A stretch of 63,960 bases of DNA, the filler included, from Sphacelaria rigidula (lineage: Eukaryota), in the NCBI GenBank assembly GCA_964200075.2. It is 9 parts of 9 records of this genome, joined end to end, with 100 filler letters (N's around TTAATTAATTAA, not from the genome) between each part and the next. Parts side by side here need not be neighbours in the genome. Positions count along the whole stretch, not along the records: positions 35,592 to 42,609 come from CAXNAA020016934.1; positions 42,710 to 49,726 come from CAXNAA020016935.1; 7 more parts are not named here. One strand, given 5' to 3'. The translations under genes were made by a program, and so were the position numbers. Shown in pieces: positions 36,436 to 49,499 of this stretch. A model generated the notes under the pieces. That model was not told the origin of the DNA, did no database searches, and saw only the letters and a program-made list of their open reading frames with translations. Each line of letters starts with the position of its first letter. Within the stretch, counting starts at the first letter, position 1.

Positions 36436-39400
36436 ACTATTACCAACGCTACATAACAACAACAACAATAGCAGTTTGACACCTTCAGTGGCCCCAGCAT
36501 GGCCTGCAACTCCTCCTCTTCCTCGGGGTCGCGTTTCTCTTCGCCGAGCTCAACAACCGTCGTCAGCAGACCAAGCACCACCGAGCACAACGTGTCGCCC
36601 GCCCCCCCCACGTCATCTCCACCGCCACTATCACCCACACCCACTCCTGCTCCCCGCAAACCGCCAAACCCAGGCCCTCCCAGTTCCTCGGCCATGCCAG
36701 CACCTTGCCCCGCGCTTTCGAGTTCCATGTGAGCTACCCTAGCCTCAGCATCGGTGCCCATCCGGTTGTTGCCTGCTTCGCAATCGTACAATCGAGAGAA
36801 TGACGAGGGCGATAGATTGGTGATTTGAACCATGCTTCATTCCATTACTCTCTTGTCCGTCAGCATTACCTTGTGAGGGCAGTGGAGGGGGAGAGTGGTG
36901 AGGTCCATGGCGTGACATGAACATGGAGACAAGCAGCCCAAACACGCATGCTTTGAACAGTCACTACGCTTATCGCTGTAGGATGCCCGTGTGGCTAATA
37001 ATCTTAGATTCCTCAGTGACTGACTAAAACGAAGTCTGAGGGGAAAGGGGGGAAAGAGATGGGGAGAGGTGAAAAGAGGTGTTGGGGTGTTGAACAAAAT
37101 GAAGAAGTAACCACCTGCCAAACGTCAGTGAGAAAAATGGACTGCAATAAGGAGGTCGCCATGGAAACGCCTCCTGCTTCTGACGTGAGGGTGTGTCCAT
37201 TGAGGTGGGACTCGGGAGGAGACAAGAGGGGGAGAGAGAGCGTTATGCGTCGAAATACGGGGTGAAAAGGTACCAGTCAAACTATTTATCTCCAGGCTAT
37301 GCAAGAATGTATAAGGAGGACCCCATTACGCACCTTCACGACTCCCCATGAAAGCACGGTGGGAAATAACGGCAAAACTCGAAACAGAGTCTGAAGAACC
37401 CACAAAGAGCTTCAAGAAGCATTAATCAATAAAAAAAGCGGAAAAAATCAACATATTGGATATATTTCTCGTACCGTCAATGCTCCCGTTGATTCTCCGC
37501 TCTCCCTTCGGCGCGGGCGATGATGGCTGCTCGTGCTCTAGCACCAAACGTATACACGACAGCATCTGAATACCGGTGCCGAACACCCGGGCGCCAAGCT
37601 TCTCGGCCAGCACGACCACCGCCGCCATGACCGAGTGCGATTCCGCCGGGCCAAAAGACTCCGCCGCCGCTCCCGCCATCGCCGCACCATCGACGGCAGC
37701 AGCGTCAGCGATCCGATCGTCCCGGACCCTACCGAGCTTGCGAATCGACTCCGTCCGCTCTTCCGCTGCGAGACTGTCCCTGAGCCTCAAATACCGCCGG
37801 AGCAGAAGGTCAAAGACCTGACCGGCGACAGGCGAATCTTCGCACAGCTCCTCCAGAATACCCGCCGCGCACTGAGCGCGTTCCTCCGCCTCTTTTAATT
37901 CTGCGAGAGCGCCAAACAACCCCTTTCCCCCTTCCCCCGACGATATTAATGTCTCACCAATCCCCGAAAGACTACCCGTATCCATTAGTTTCAAGGTCTC
38001 CGGATCGAGTCCCAAGCCACCCAACGTTTCCTCCAGTCCTAAGAGACGCTTTTTTTGTTGCTCATCCTCGGGGCGGCGGGTATAATTCGATGCTTTCCCC
38101 GCGTGACCATCACATCCATCACGAGATACAGTTTTCCCATCTGCATCTGAAACGGCTGATCCGGTCTTGTTACCGCTCTGCTCGTCGTCTGTCCCTGCCG
38201 AGGCTCCTGCATCACGACGCAGCACAGCGCCGCCGGTGGGCCCCGGGCAGAAACGCGGCTCTTTCCTTTCCTCCACCTGCCTCCCAACACCCCCCGATGA
38301 ACTTCTCGCTGGTACAAGTCCGGCCACTAGATCGCGAGCTGCTGTGGGCGATGATTGCAGGAGAGCGGAAAGGGATCGCTGTGTGCTCTGCAGATCGCGC
38401 GATTTCGCCCTGGTGGAAGCAGACGATAGTGAGATGCAGCGAGTGGGCGTAGGATTGTATAATTCGGAGGAATAACTGTGAAGACTGGTGCCTCTTGGTG
38501 AGGGACTAGTCCAGAGGCCAAGTTTGAAGGGGTCAGGGCTTCGTTTCGTGCGATGGACTCTTTCGGTAGTAAACTTAGCAAGCCACACTGGTCAGTGCTG
38601 CATAGAGATGAGCAAGGTGCGCAGCAGGCGCGCTCGTAACTTCGGAAGATGTGTGGCCAACAAGAGATCGGGAAAGCCAACACGTGCATTGCTCCGCTCT
38701 CGCATTAAGATGAGCGCACGTGTACCACGGCCTTCACAAATGGGACAAACAGAAGAAAAAAAAAAAAAATGCCCTTCCCAAATGTACAAGTTGAAAATGT
38801 ACAAGTTGTATACCCATATCACACTCACTTCTTGCAGAAACAATGCAGCCGGAACAGAGGCACGGCAACATCAACTTCCGAGAGCAATCCCATCAAAGCC
38901 GGCGGAGCCGGCGCGGCGGTCAGTAGCTTCTCCAGGTCCTCAACGCACCGACCGATATCCTCCTCCGATGCAAGATCTCCACTATCCCTCTCTTGCTCAC
39001 TACCTGTTTCACCCTGCCCGCCCACCCCGACGCTATTTAATAATGGCGATTCGCTACCGAGTCCTGCATCGACCCTCCTCATCTGAGCCGTCATAGGCGC
39101 GGCAGCTGCCGCCGCCGCCAACCCCGCTTGCAGCGCTGGGAAGTTCGACGGCCTAGTCTTGCTGTCACTGGTTGAGATGGGTAAAGCTTTGGTCGGAGGG
39201 TTGTGACGTCGGGCGGCGGGGTGGGCGGGTGTTACCCCATCAGGACCCCAAAAACGGGTCAGCGGACGGAGGAGCGGAAGAAGGATGAGTCGCTTTGTGT
39301 CCTCGGGCATGGACTCGGAAAGTCGACCGACAACCATGACGACCACTCTTGTAGAATTTGACGAGAACACACGTCATTTGGGCCGGGGGGAGGGGAGGTG

Positions 39401-42377
39401 GGTTCGTTAGGTGAGTAGGTGAAGGGTGTGTGTCGCCTGGATAGTAACTTCGTCGAAATCGTCGGGTGGATTTCGAGTTAGAAGGGACACCGCAAATTAC
39501 CGGTGAGTCCGTCGGCACCCGCGGGCAAACTGCCCGCTAAACTATCAATACGAATCGACATGAGCTGGGCAGCCACCGTCCGCAGTACCAGCGCCATTCC
39601 CTACTCGCAACAACCACGCACTGCAGATATATCAAAATGAGAACAAACACACACAACAAACATACACGCAAAAACACCTTGTTTAACATGAAAATAAAGA
39701 CCACGTCACTTCAAGTGCGACCATCACAATACCAATGCTGTGGGAGCATTTTTTAATTTCCCCCTTCCTTCCTCCCTCCCTTCTTGCCTGGTTATGATCG
39801 CTCTCTGCTGACCGTCGTAGTGTAACATCTCCGCCAGTTGAGGCGCCACCCGACTCACATACTCTCGGGTGCTAACGCTCTTGGGAGGCGCGGCCAACAA
39901 CCTTGCAACCCTCAGACACGCCCTCATCTCATCACCCTCACCCCCCTCAGCCCCCCCCCCTCCGCCAGTCGCTGCTAGATAAACCTCGAGTGTGGCCTGC
40001 ACCCCTCCGGGGCGTAAAACGATTTGCGACAGGATTCGGCCGGCGCGCTGGCGCAGCCACGGTGGAGTCCGCGTGCCCTGGGATAGAAGATGTCTGAGCG
40101 CCCCCATGACCTGCCGCGGCCCGAGATCTCGCAATAGGTCGCGCAGGGCTTCTTGTTCATCTGCTCGATCATTTCGCTGTTTGTTGTTGCGAGGAAAATG
40201 TACGCTGTTGTTGCCATTGGCGTTTGTCCCTGCCCGACTGCTAGGCTTTGGGGAGGTTTCAGCGGCCTCTTTTGATGCCTCAGGAGGGACATTCTCTGCT
40301 ACGGATGCGCCGGCTAGAGCGGCAGCAGCAACAACGGTACCGGTAGCGACAGACCCCGTGACATCGGTGGGCTGTGGGACAACGGTGGCCGCCGCTCGAG
40401 CAGCGAGCCCGTACACCAGCTGAAGCCTGGCGGCAAGCAAGTCCGGCAAGTAGAACGGCATGAGCATCGGCATGAACTGCTGGGTGAACACCACATCTTG
40501 TATCACCTCCGCACACATCGTCAGCCTTTCGGTAGAAGCAACTACGCCCTCGGCTATACCCCCGGCACCAGAATCAGCAGCACCACCAGAAGCACCATGA
40601 CCATCACATCGACCGTCCACGTCACGAGGAATGGAATCATCACGGCCCTGTTGTCCCTTCGCTCTCGTGCTTTCCCCCGCTTCGCATCCTCCCCATCGCA
40701 GAATCCGGCGGGAGACCTTGATGGCCCGAGAACGCGGCCGTTTATCCGCGTCGAAAACACCAACACCCGGTTCGAGAACCGGCGCTAGTCCCCAAAATAC
40801 CACCATCTCGAGAGCGGTGTGGATGACCGTGTAATCGCGCAGGGATAGAAGACCCTTGGGGGGACGAGGGGGCGCGCGATTGTGCCTGCGACATGTTTTT
40901 GTCCGTCGGGTTATTCCAACGGAAGCCGAGAGGAAGAAATAATTATTTGACCCGACGTTTTCTGCTCTGGGTTGTAGCACTGGTATAGCCCTATGGAGAG
41001 CAATCGCTGTGATACACGGCAACCATGGCACAGTTTCGGAAGGGCGAGAAGGCACCCGGATGCACGTGATGAGGGAGGGGACTATTGCATTCAGTGACAG
41101 ACCATTATTACCCAGGATATGTCTATCCTGTGACCACGGCCGGATTTGTGACGGATCAGCTGAACAAAACACACTCAATCAACAACATTCTCCTTGATTG
41201 AAATGTACTGAGGTACTTTTTCCCTCTGCAGAGTGGCCGCAAGACCCCCTGTTTATGTATAACCCGAATACATGACTGCTCTTCGATGTCATTATGGCAA
41301 AATCTCAACAAAATTAACAACAAAGGGATGCAAAATCAGAGAATATAACCTACACACTAAATCCACGACATTTTGTTTTTGTCACATGTACCACAGCACC
41401 TTGATGGTCCAGTTGGGTCTCCTTCGTCCGGGGTAGGTGAAGGCTTTGTTTTTGCACCGTCCGCCACCGCGGCCTCGGCCGCTTCCGCTTCCTCAGCCTT
41501 CTGCAGCGCAGTTTCTTCGAGATCAAGGATGATAATGGTGTGATGAAGCTCTCGCAAGAGCGGCAACCACTTCGTCCTCATGAAGTCCCACCTGTATCAC
41601 CGTGTATGCACGCGCGAAGGATCCGATGGAGAGTGCGGTGATATTTTCACGGAGGGGGTCCTGCTGTTCCTGTTTCTCCCGCTCCAAGTGGTGTTGACGG
41701 CGGTTATGTTGCTACTGCTATTGCTGCTACTATTGTTATTCCCACGAGCCACGATCGTTGGTACGTATGGGCAATACTTGGCACGCCCAAACGCCAGTGC
41801 GTGGCTTCGTGCCTGGGCCCTAGTACATAACGGCAAAATAATAATGCCAGGAGGGGATGGGGTGCCTTATGGACCCTAATCGTGATGATTTTGAATTCAT
41901 TTTCGTGAGAACAGAGGAGCAATCCGTTGAGAATGCGCGAGAGGGAACGTAAAATGGTTGCCACGAGTGAGCTGTTCGTTATTATCATTCTCATTAGTCA
42001 CAGTGAGCTCTCGTGTTTTCTCCCGTAAGACAGGACCTGACAGTGTGTCGTGAACAGAGTACCAATATCGGGGGGATAATCACCGACTCTACCTTTGTGT
42101 ATGGACGAAGCGCGCCGTTACGAACACGGCAGCACCGAAACACCCAGCGACGGAGGACCTTAGTAGAAACCAAGGAGAGCAAGGCTTACTTTGGGTCACA
42201 CATCGCGCCGTCTGCTTTGGAGACATCTTCCTCGTTCCGAAAGCCAAGAAACTCGGGGGCGTTGGAGGTTGCAGGTGAAGCGACCGTTTGATTCGTGGGC
42301 GCAGCGTCGGAAGGTGTGGGAGGTCGGGTGGGTACGACCAAGCCATCATGGAAGCGTCTCATCCACGGCATGTCCAC
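35712..42377 (-). CDS. TANGO6: TANGO6 / RTP1-like ARM-repeat protein (partial; both ends outside the contig)
   Basis: Phase-consistent exons: 42377-42190, (41819-41778), 41591-41400, 40885-39788, 39347-38829, 38409-37475, 36772-36483 and 36013-35712. The motifs PPWLRQRAGRILSQIVLRPGGVQA, SEEDIGRCVEDL...LFRLHCFCK and DLRSGSVPMRARGVVTL match recalled TANGO6/Rtp1 blocks in the expected order. Confidence 0.88.
36335..36470. repeat. Compound (CTA)n(CTG)n(CAA)n microsatellite in a TANGO6 intron
   Basis: Directly visible. Confidence 0.95.
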
Positions 42378-44000
42378 CTGGATCACAACAAAATAACGCA
42401 ACGCAAGCCGACAACTCAGATGGATTGGATAAATATATCGCCCAGTCCGCTAAAGTTAGTCAAGCACGCGCGCGCTCAGGAATAGAGGGGGTGTACTCGT
42501 GATCTCACATGCCGTGGTCATAAGACCATTGACTTCGCATCCCTACAAAGCCGGGACGGAGCTCGTTTTGTTATGACCCGGCCACCCCCGAGATCTACAC
42601 GCGCGAGTTNNNNNNNNNNNNNNNNNNNNNNNNNNNNNNNNNNNNNNNNNNNNTTAATTAATTAANNNNNNNNNNNNNNNNNNNNNNNNNNNNNNNNNNN
42701 NNNNNNNNNCAAACTGCGAGTCGTCACAACTTGCTTGCGGCAAGAGAAAAAGCATGCGCACCGATTTTTGGAATTTGCCATTTTCGACCTCGAAAGACGC
42801 TACTAATCCTCAACTCAAACGTGGCGATCACGCAACGCTTAGAACTGGGCAACGAAGCAGAGGATTAGAGTGCGGTTTTTTGCGTGCGCTTCCTACACAC
42901 CCAAGCTAGATCATCGAGTTACATTTTTGCGTTTAAGCGTGATTCTGAGCCGCAACAAACCCAAACGTACGAAAATGAGGTGTTTTGCGCTCTGGGGGGC
43001 GGGGGTTCCGGGCCGCTTTTGCGACTTGAGGTAAATGTGAAACCAGATTCCCTGTATCTTGTGTGTATTCGGGGGGCTGTGAAATGCCGTGGGCTGGCTT
43101 TCTTCCTGTGTCGAGAACCGCGCGATCTCCAGTGCTACAGCTATCCCAAGTTCACAAGTAATGAAGCGTACGTTCTGTTCTTGAGGGCCTCCGCACAGGT
43201 GCGACCACCTACTGACTTGTTCATTATTTTTCCGCGTTTTTGATCATTTTCAGTTTGCCGCCGCTTTTTGGTCTTTAGGCCCTTCATTCCCACCCACAAT
43301 AATTACGTCAGTTCTGCAAGTTCCGTAAGAAATCTCCTACCCTACCGAACATACCCTTACCTTACAGAACACAAATTTAGGACTCGTCGATTTTGTCCCA
43401 TTTTGTTTCTATGCATGATGTTGGTTGAGTACTGCTGCAGCACCATGAGCTAAGTGTGGTTTTCGGATTTCGTATTAGAACTGGAAACGATGGTTGGCCA
43501 TTTTGGGGACTGGAGACCTCAGGGCTGACGTTGTCGGGCTGTACTACCATATTTGATTCAAGTATGGCGGTACAGGTAATGTACGTTCCTGGTTTGTTTA
43601 TTTGAGACTTTTCGCCAAAATGTGGGATTGTCGCACCTGTACCCACACCCGGTAGAAGTTTGGAGTTTCGGAAAGGGTACGCATGGTTGATCACTTCGCT
43701 CTCCTTTTCCCGGCAGATACAAAGTACAACGAACGTCAGTACAGACATACAGGGAGACAGCTACAAATGCCAGACAATGTCTTTCTGGTGTGCGGGTTTA
43801 CTCAGAAATCTTAAGCCAGCGTACAGCCACCATTACAAGGGCATGCACGCAGCGTGTTGAGAGATTGGATGAATATTGCAATATTGACAACCCAAGAGTT
43901 ACCTTCTAATACCACCACTGAGCAGCTACGCATATTTTGTGGTCATTTTACAGTATGTATTCGATAATCTCTTCACCCGCTTCCTGTGTACGTCTTCCAG

Positions 44001-44596
44001 GTGTTCGTGGCTACCGTAGGGGCGGGACTGCTGGAGGAGCGCATGCGCCTAGGAAGGCTATTGTGGGACCACGATATCTCGGCGGAGTACTCTACCGCGG
44101 ATAACCCCAAGCTCAAGAAGCAAATGGACGAGGTAATGCGGATCACTTCACGTTGTGTTTTTTATGTGTGTACTTGATTACCTTGAATTCTTTTTTGAAT
44201 ACTTGACAAAATTTGCACAAATAGTTAATCTTCCGGGTTATTCTCATCATCGTCATTTTCACCATCACCGTTATCAATACTATCATAATCGTTTGTGTTC
44301 ACTTTTTGTGTTGCTGTCCATTGTCGGAACGAACAAAAACAAATCGCTAAATGTGCTCCTTGTTTAGTGCTCAGTGTGCCCCTTGGTCCCTTTCTTATTT
44401 TTGGTGTAAAAACATTTTGTGGGTTACACGAGCCTGAAGTAAAATGTGACATTCTTATCCTTTTCTCAGCAGCTGCCAAAGTGGAGATTTCGAACCTGGA
44501 GTCTTTGGTACAGAGCGCGTCAATAATTTATTGAAAAAATCTGCATAAGAAGTTTGATCATTTTACGGAGAATATATATATATATATATGTATATA

Positions 44597-44636
<40 letters not shown>

Positions 44637-47600
44637 CCGCACGGGACCCGGGGCTGCGCCCCGGTCCCGTTCGTCTTTTCCAAGGGTCTCGGTACTCTTC
44701 CCTTGCCAAGCGCTCTTGAGAAAAGATCCTCTCTTGAAATGCTCATGCCCGCCGGAAACATTGCAGGACCACCACGATCGCGCGTCCGTTCGAACGGTCG
44801 CAAACGCATATTTACCCCCGCACAAAGTAAAGCACGAATCCGCCAATCGGGCCCCTAGCATTGGCATTGGCCCCGAACAGTCATCTCCCGGGGCGGGTGC
44901 GGAGGAACTTGCACTATAAAATCAGCAATAAATCTCGTGGACGCTTCGTTACAAAGTATTCTTCACGCTCCTGAGTTCGAATTTTTCTACAAATATATAC
45001 TATATATATTGCCCCCTGCGTTTCAAACCTTGCGTCCGTCCTTGGGTGTGTTGATGATTCAGACCACGGCTGGACCCCTGGGGGGTCAGTTAAAGTGCGA
45101 CAATCAATCAATCTATCAATCTATCATTGGAGGCTGCATAAGGGGAATACCGTCGATTCAAAGGCCCTGTAGGCAACTTCAAATGGCAAGCGTCGAGCGT
45201 GACGAGCGTGATGTTAAAGTTTTTCCGTTTTTGTGGTCCTTTTGACCACCCCTCGTCATACTCTGAGGGCGAGTCTTAGCACACTAGCGTTCGATCGGAA
45301 TTGTGCGGTGGAGAACGAAAATCCCGATCTGATGAGGTCGTGATTTCAACCATCGTCGTTAATTCCGACGATGGTTGAAGGTACGACCCGTCAGATTGGG
45401 ATTTTTGTTCTCCACCGCACATTTTCGATCGGAAACCAATGTGCGAAGACATGCCCTGCTTGCGAACAAGTACGGCATATCTGACTCGCGAAGTTTTGTA
45501 TCAACTGCGCTTCAATGACATCGATGAGAACGATATATGTCACCAGTAGAGTTCGGTATCGGGTCTGAAAAATGGCCCCAATAGGATTTAGATATATTGG
45601 CTGAAAAAATCTCGCATATATCTGCAATCTCGCATAAGAAATATCATATCCGGATATTTGGACTACCCTGTGCGTATTCGAGATCGCACCCGATATCCCT
45701 CCAGATATCTCTGGATATAGTGACGATTCGTCCAGATGCTGCAGATTTACTGTAACTGTGATATATGTATGTTATTTGTGTGTGTAACGAGTGACGAATT
45801 ACGTGCATCATCAGTAAGCTGCTTACAGTTATGCACGTGCCGGGCTTACTGCATAGAGGCACACACGACAGCGCTGGTGAAGGTGGCAGTGGCAGTGGCA
45901 GTGACAGTACAGTTGCGGCCCGCAATCAAGAAAAAAATACTTGAGAAAATTAGGCTGGGCCTTTCACGGAAAAGAAGAAAAATGGACTAAGAAACACACC
46001 TCGAACTGGGCGACAAGATAAGAAACATGAAAATAAGAAACAGCGCGGATACATACCTATAATAGGCATTAGAAATAAGAAACTAGGTGATTGGGGAGCC
46101 CGTTCCCAACTAAAAAACGCACGTCCTATATCTAGACCCCCCCCCTGCTAAACTATACTTTTTGTGGGAGCGGCATACGTTCTTTATTTACGGCTGTTTC
46201 ATGCGGCGCGATCGATGCCGGTTGGGGCTGTGCTTTGTGCGACCGCTAGGCTTGAATTATAAGAAAAATCAGTAAAAGAATAAGCACAACTTATGCTGGT
46301 TTGCGCCAGAAATAAGACTTTGAGCCTCAACCCCAAATTGACGTTTCTTATCTCCGGGCCGGAACTGTAGCCCGCGGTGCAGTAGCAGAGGCGCTGACGG
46401 TGGTGACATAAGTTTGCTGTCCAGATGCAGTGCTGTTGGCTGAGGGGGGGCGACCGGGAGTTGCTCATCGCACATGTGTGGTGCTGTGGAGTTGGTCGTG
46501 GTTGTGTTTTGTGTGCACGGGTGTGGTGCGGTGACACCACTGTTACCCGCGCACCAGCGATCTGGGGCTGGAGACAACGTAATACGACACCACTGTTACT
46601 TGCGCACCAGGGATCTGTGGTCTGGAGACAACACAATAAGCCCTATTCTGGTATTTAAGACGACATATCGCGTGATATCGGCGTCTATATCCCACATATA
46701 TTGGTTATATCGGATATATTTGGGCAATATATGCCATATCTGGAATAAATATGCGGATATATTGGGTAAATTTGGGGGATATTTTCTCGCATAAGATTGG
46801 CCCAAAAATCTTCAAGTTAAGGCCCAAAAAAACACGCCTAGAAAATATAAATATCTCATGCGTTTTGGGGGCAACTTATTTTCGATCCAATACCCAATAC
46901 CGAACTCTCGTCACCAGAGTGACTGATACCACGAACTGGACAACACTGCACTACATAATATGGTGCTGTGCTGTGCTGTGCTGTGCTGACTGCAGTATGC
47001 TCACAGGCAGCAACACGTGCTATCAATCAGCTTACAAGCAACGGTTGGACGAATGATGATTCTTACAGAAATTACCTCCTTTTCGTGTTGACTGATTAGC
47101 GCCGAGTACGAACCAATCGTTCCTCGGGCTTTGGTTCCTAGCATTATACTGCACCCCAGTACGCGCACCCCAGGCACGTAGACGTCGAATAGCGCAAAAG
47201 TTGCATTACATACCTTTTTTTGACTCGCAGTCGACTTCTTTCTCTCTCTCTTCGAGCAATTAGGCCCCAGGAATGTGACTGTAGTGATTCGAACCAGCGG
47301 TGATTCGTCCAACCCTTTCTTCCAGGGAAGCATAAGCCGGAGCGACGGACACGTACCGTGATGTGTGCGGAGTACATCTACGAGTGTCTGAAAGGTTGGG
47401 TTACCGCCTTTGTATCGGTCGCGTCAACAACAACACAGAGAGACACACACCGCACCCGTAGCAGTCACTGTTTTTTTTTTCTTCTAATTCTTCCCGTGGC
47501 AATAGCAAACTGAGGGCCCATGAAAATCCAACTCCCCCCCCCTCCCCCCGCCTTGTTGGTATCAACTGATACGGCAATGACCATCTGTTCGGACGAAGGA

Positions 47601-49499
47601 ATGTGGGTTAATACGAGCTGGGCCAGCCTAAAAACGGATTTAAGCTCTCAAAGCGATATCTCAACGACACAGACGAGTTGGGCCGAGATCCGCATATCGT
47701 ATTAATCGTCTAATCAAAGGGAATGTGCCCATTTGCTAAAAAATCTGGGCCATTTTTTGCTCGTCGGGTAAACCCCATGTATAGTAATTTCTATACCTAG
47801 CGGAGATAACATCCACACTAAAATCTATATGAAACCCCGAACGATCGATCAAGTTGATGATCGCGATTTTTGATGTGGACCTTCCTTCGAGCACGGGGAG
47901 ACGATAGATACCCTCACTTTCACCTAGTTCGTTATCTATCTCGAGAAATGGCGCACATAAGGTTACATACTAAAATCAGTGTATTACGAGCAGAGGCACT
48001 AGATATCGCGTCTCAGTTTCTGAGAGTTTTGGTATGAAATTTGGTATGGAGAACCGCTAGTGCATGATGAAATATAAAACACAGCTTTTTCGTTTTTTTT
48101 CCGTCTTTTCTCATCTTTTTTCGTGTTTTTGGGGGGTTTTGAGAAGAAATGAACATTGCTCTTGGTCTTTATCTCAATCTTTCAGCTCAATTTTTAGAAT
48201 TGTGATTTGAAACTTGGCATGGAAAACAACAGAGGTATGCTGAGTAAAAAAAAAAGTGGGCCTTCACATTTTTTTTTCAAGAGGGGTTCGGGCGTTCTCT
48301 TGAACCAATCATCGTTACCATACTAAAACGCCCTCAATCAGTGGAAAATAAGAAAAAAACCCAACCTCACCCATTTTTCTTGGTTCATCACGACCTAGCA
48401 AGGTCCCGCACAAAGTTTCAACCCACAAACACCAAACGTGGGCCGATAAACGGCCTGCAAAATACTGTTCCGAATTTCCGCCGCCTCGGTTTTTTAAAGG
48501 TAAATTCGCAATTTTTTTCTTGGAGTTGGGAAGTGAAATTTGGTATGGACAATCAACAGGGCATGAAAAAAAGCTGTCTGTGAGGTCCCGGCGTCGTTTT
48601 TTTTCGTGAATTCAACGCAAAAATGAGTTTTGAGGTTTTAGCAAAATGCCCGTAACTCACGAAAAAAAAATTCGTTGGGACCTCGCAGACAGCTTTCCTT
48701 CATGCCCTGTTGATTGTCCATACCAAATTTCACTTTCTAACTCCAAGAAAAAAATTGCGAATTCGCCTGCAAAGTACAAATCCGCTTTTAGGCTGGCCCA
48801 GCCTGTACCTCCACAGATATGTTCTCTTCATCCTGCAGAATCTGCTTTCCGTCGTTGAGACGGGAGTATGTGAGGACGTTGTGAATTAAAGTCCGACGAG
48901 AGGCGATGCCACGTGCGGGGGAATGTGTGCTTGTGTTGTCGTTGTCATCCCATCTATTCTGGGCACCAGTCGGCACCGTTCGGTATATGTGAGTGCATCG
49001 ACCGGGGTCACACAGGAGGAAGGTCAACTCTTTTTTTTTCTTTTAGTACCCCACCCTCCATCTGCGGTGCTCTGCTGATGCAAATTCTCGATTCTAGAAT
49101 GTCAGCACCGTACAAGTACGCCCGTTTGGCAATTATATATAGGTGTTCATCGTTTTCGGTCGTGATCCAAAATTCGAAGTGTTGTTAGTCTGAGTTCATG
49201 CATGTTGTACCGACCGCAATACTGGCGATATTCTAATTTGGATACTGTCGCATGCCCCCTCCCAAACCAAAATACTTACGAGTACTGTGCTGCATTGTTG
49301 TTTCATCTGCCTGATGTTTGTCGTCCTGTGGTGCCGTGGGGATGGAAAACAAAATCTCGCGTGAATGAAAAAAACATGAAAAAACGAATGCGGGAGACAG
49401 GTGCTGCAGAAAGGAATTCCGTTCATGGTGATCGTGGGAGCAGATGAGGTGAAGAATGGGCAAGTGAAGATTAAGGACATGGGAAAGCGCACGGAGGAG
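44001..49499 (+). CDS. HARS: Histidyl-tRNA synthetase, anticodon-binding-domain exons (partial)
   Basis: Exon 44001-44132 encodes VFVATVGAGLLEERMRLGRLLWDHDISAEY...NPKLKKQMDE. Exon 49401-49499 encodes VLQKGIPFMVIVGADEVKNGQVKIKDMGKRTEE. They are joined by a phase-0 GT-AG intron of 5268 nt. This is the HGTP anticodon-domain pattern of cytosolic HisRS. Confidence 0.87.
44572..44632. repeat. (TA)n microsatellite next to a GC-rich hairpin (44641-44670)
   Basis: Directly visible. Confidence 0.95.
45040..45126 (+). mobile_element. Non-LTR/SINE 3' end with (AATC/TATC)n tail
   Basis: AGACCACGGCTGGACCCCTGGGGGGTCAGTTAAAGTGCGAC followed by AATCAATCAATCTATCAATCTATC. Confidence 0.7.
45266..45457 (+). repeat. 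192-nt full foldback (MITE-like or pre-miRNA-like hairpin)
   Basis: Arms of ~92 nt surround the loop TTAATTC (45359-45365). Confidence 0.9.
45547..46909. mobile_element. Non-autonomous hAT-type DNA transposon
   Basis: TIRs TAGAGTTCGGTATCGGGT / ACCCAATACCGAACTCTC. 8-bp TSD GTCACCAG at 45539-45546 and 46910-46917. ATATC-rich subterminal repeats. Confidence 0.85.
46964..47340 (-). mobile_element. Probable SINE with (CAGCA)n tail
   Basis: Minus-strand B box GGTTCGAATC (47295-47286) and (TGCTG)5 at 46964-46988. A box unclear. Confidence 0.45.
47855..48850 (+). mobile_element. Family A repeat with internal foldback (48503-48764), in the HisRS intron
   Basis: Collinear with 22665-23640. Near-perfect inverted arms of ~105 bp. 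Confidence 0.8.

Noticed and set aside
36128-36742. 204-aa poly-Leu ORF
   Set aside because: It is produced by the CTA/CTG microsatellite and the antisense of a TANGO6 exon.
45329-45400. Hammerhead ribozyme core CTGATGA
   Set aside because: No GAAA follows the putative stem II; the motif is just part of the foldback arm.
3280-49499. Apparent cluster of RNA/translation genes (NAT10, RPL13, TANGO6, HARS)
   Set aside because: Each gene lies on a different size-sorted contig, so the co-location is artificial.
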